Shown here: piece by piece, positions 63,530-64,000 of the stretch | How positions within the stretch are numbered: position 1 is the stretch's first letter | How the letters are laid out: every line of letters begins with the position of its first letter | Origin: Mustelus asterias | Taxonomy: Eukaryota | Assembly (NCBI RefSeq): GCF_964213995.1 | Contig: NC_135813.1 | Span: 61,132,001-61,196,000, forward strand | Length of the DNA: 64,000 bases | Direction: 5' to 3' | The notes under the pieces: model-generated | Databases searched by the model: none | What the model was told of the DNA's origin: nothing | The model's input: the letters and a program-made list of their open reading frames with translations, nothing else | Program-made: the position numbers and the translations under genes

Positions 63530-64000
63530 AAGAACATAAGAAATAGGAGCAGGAGTCGGCCACCTAGCCCCTCAAGCCTGCTCCGCCATTCATTAAGATC
63601 ATGGCTGATCTGATAGTGGGTTCAGTACCGCTTACCCGCCCGCTCCCCATAACCCTTAATTCCCTTAATGGTTAAAAATCTATCTATCTGTGACTTAAAC
63701 ACATTTAACGAGGTAGCCTCTACTGCTTCATTGGGCAGAGAATTCCAAAGATTCACTACCCTCTGGGAGAAGAAGTTCCTCCTCAACTCTGTTCTAAATT
63801 GACTCCCCCGTATTTTGAGGGTATGCCCTCTAGTTCGTGTTTCCATTGTAAGTGGAAATAACCTCGCTGCTTCTACCCCTTCATTATCTTATATGTCTCC
63901 ATAAGATCTCCCCTCAACCTTCTAAACTCCAATGAGTACAGGCCCAGTCTACTTAATCTCCCCTCATAAGCTAACCCCCTCATCGCCGGAATCAACCTGG
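63530..64000 (-). mobile_element. CR1 LINE 3' end inserted downstream of VJ4, runs off the window
   Basis: TRTRGHTLKIRG..FFSQRVVNLWNSLP and a (TTATGTTC) tail. Confidence 0.9.

Overview
Eukaryotic DNA from a cartilaginous fish (shark, probably carcharhiniform, judged from the light-chain sequence and HE1/V-SINE content). It is part of a multicluster immunoglobulin lambda (type II, NS3-like) light-chain locus. There are four germline-joined L-VJ genes of two families in opposite orientations. VJ1 (minus) is apparently intact. VJ2 (minus) is truncated. VJ3 and VJ4 (plus) are pseudogenes. All four have an octamer promoter and no RSS. There are two CL exons: an intact minus-strand exon with no visible VJ partner and a decayed plus-strand exon downstream of VJ3. 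About 2.85-16.17 kb and 16.17-27.74 kb are diverged tandem copies joined inside the VJ2 framework 3. The rest is mostly retroelements: CR1-type LINEs, a second CR1/L2-group LINE, Rex1-like 3' ends, V-SINE/HE1 and Meta-like SINEs, a Penelope-like fragment with a minimal hammerhead ribozyme, and a class I ERV integrase-env fragment. The best novelty candidates are a ~470-bp highly structured cassette carried in the 3' UTR of a mobile CR1 subfamily, the ERV fragment held between outward-tailed LINEs upstream of the orphan CL exon, and the cluster rearrangement history. Repeat family names come from pattern recognition, not database searches, and repeat boundaries are approximate.
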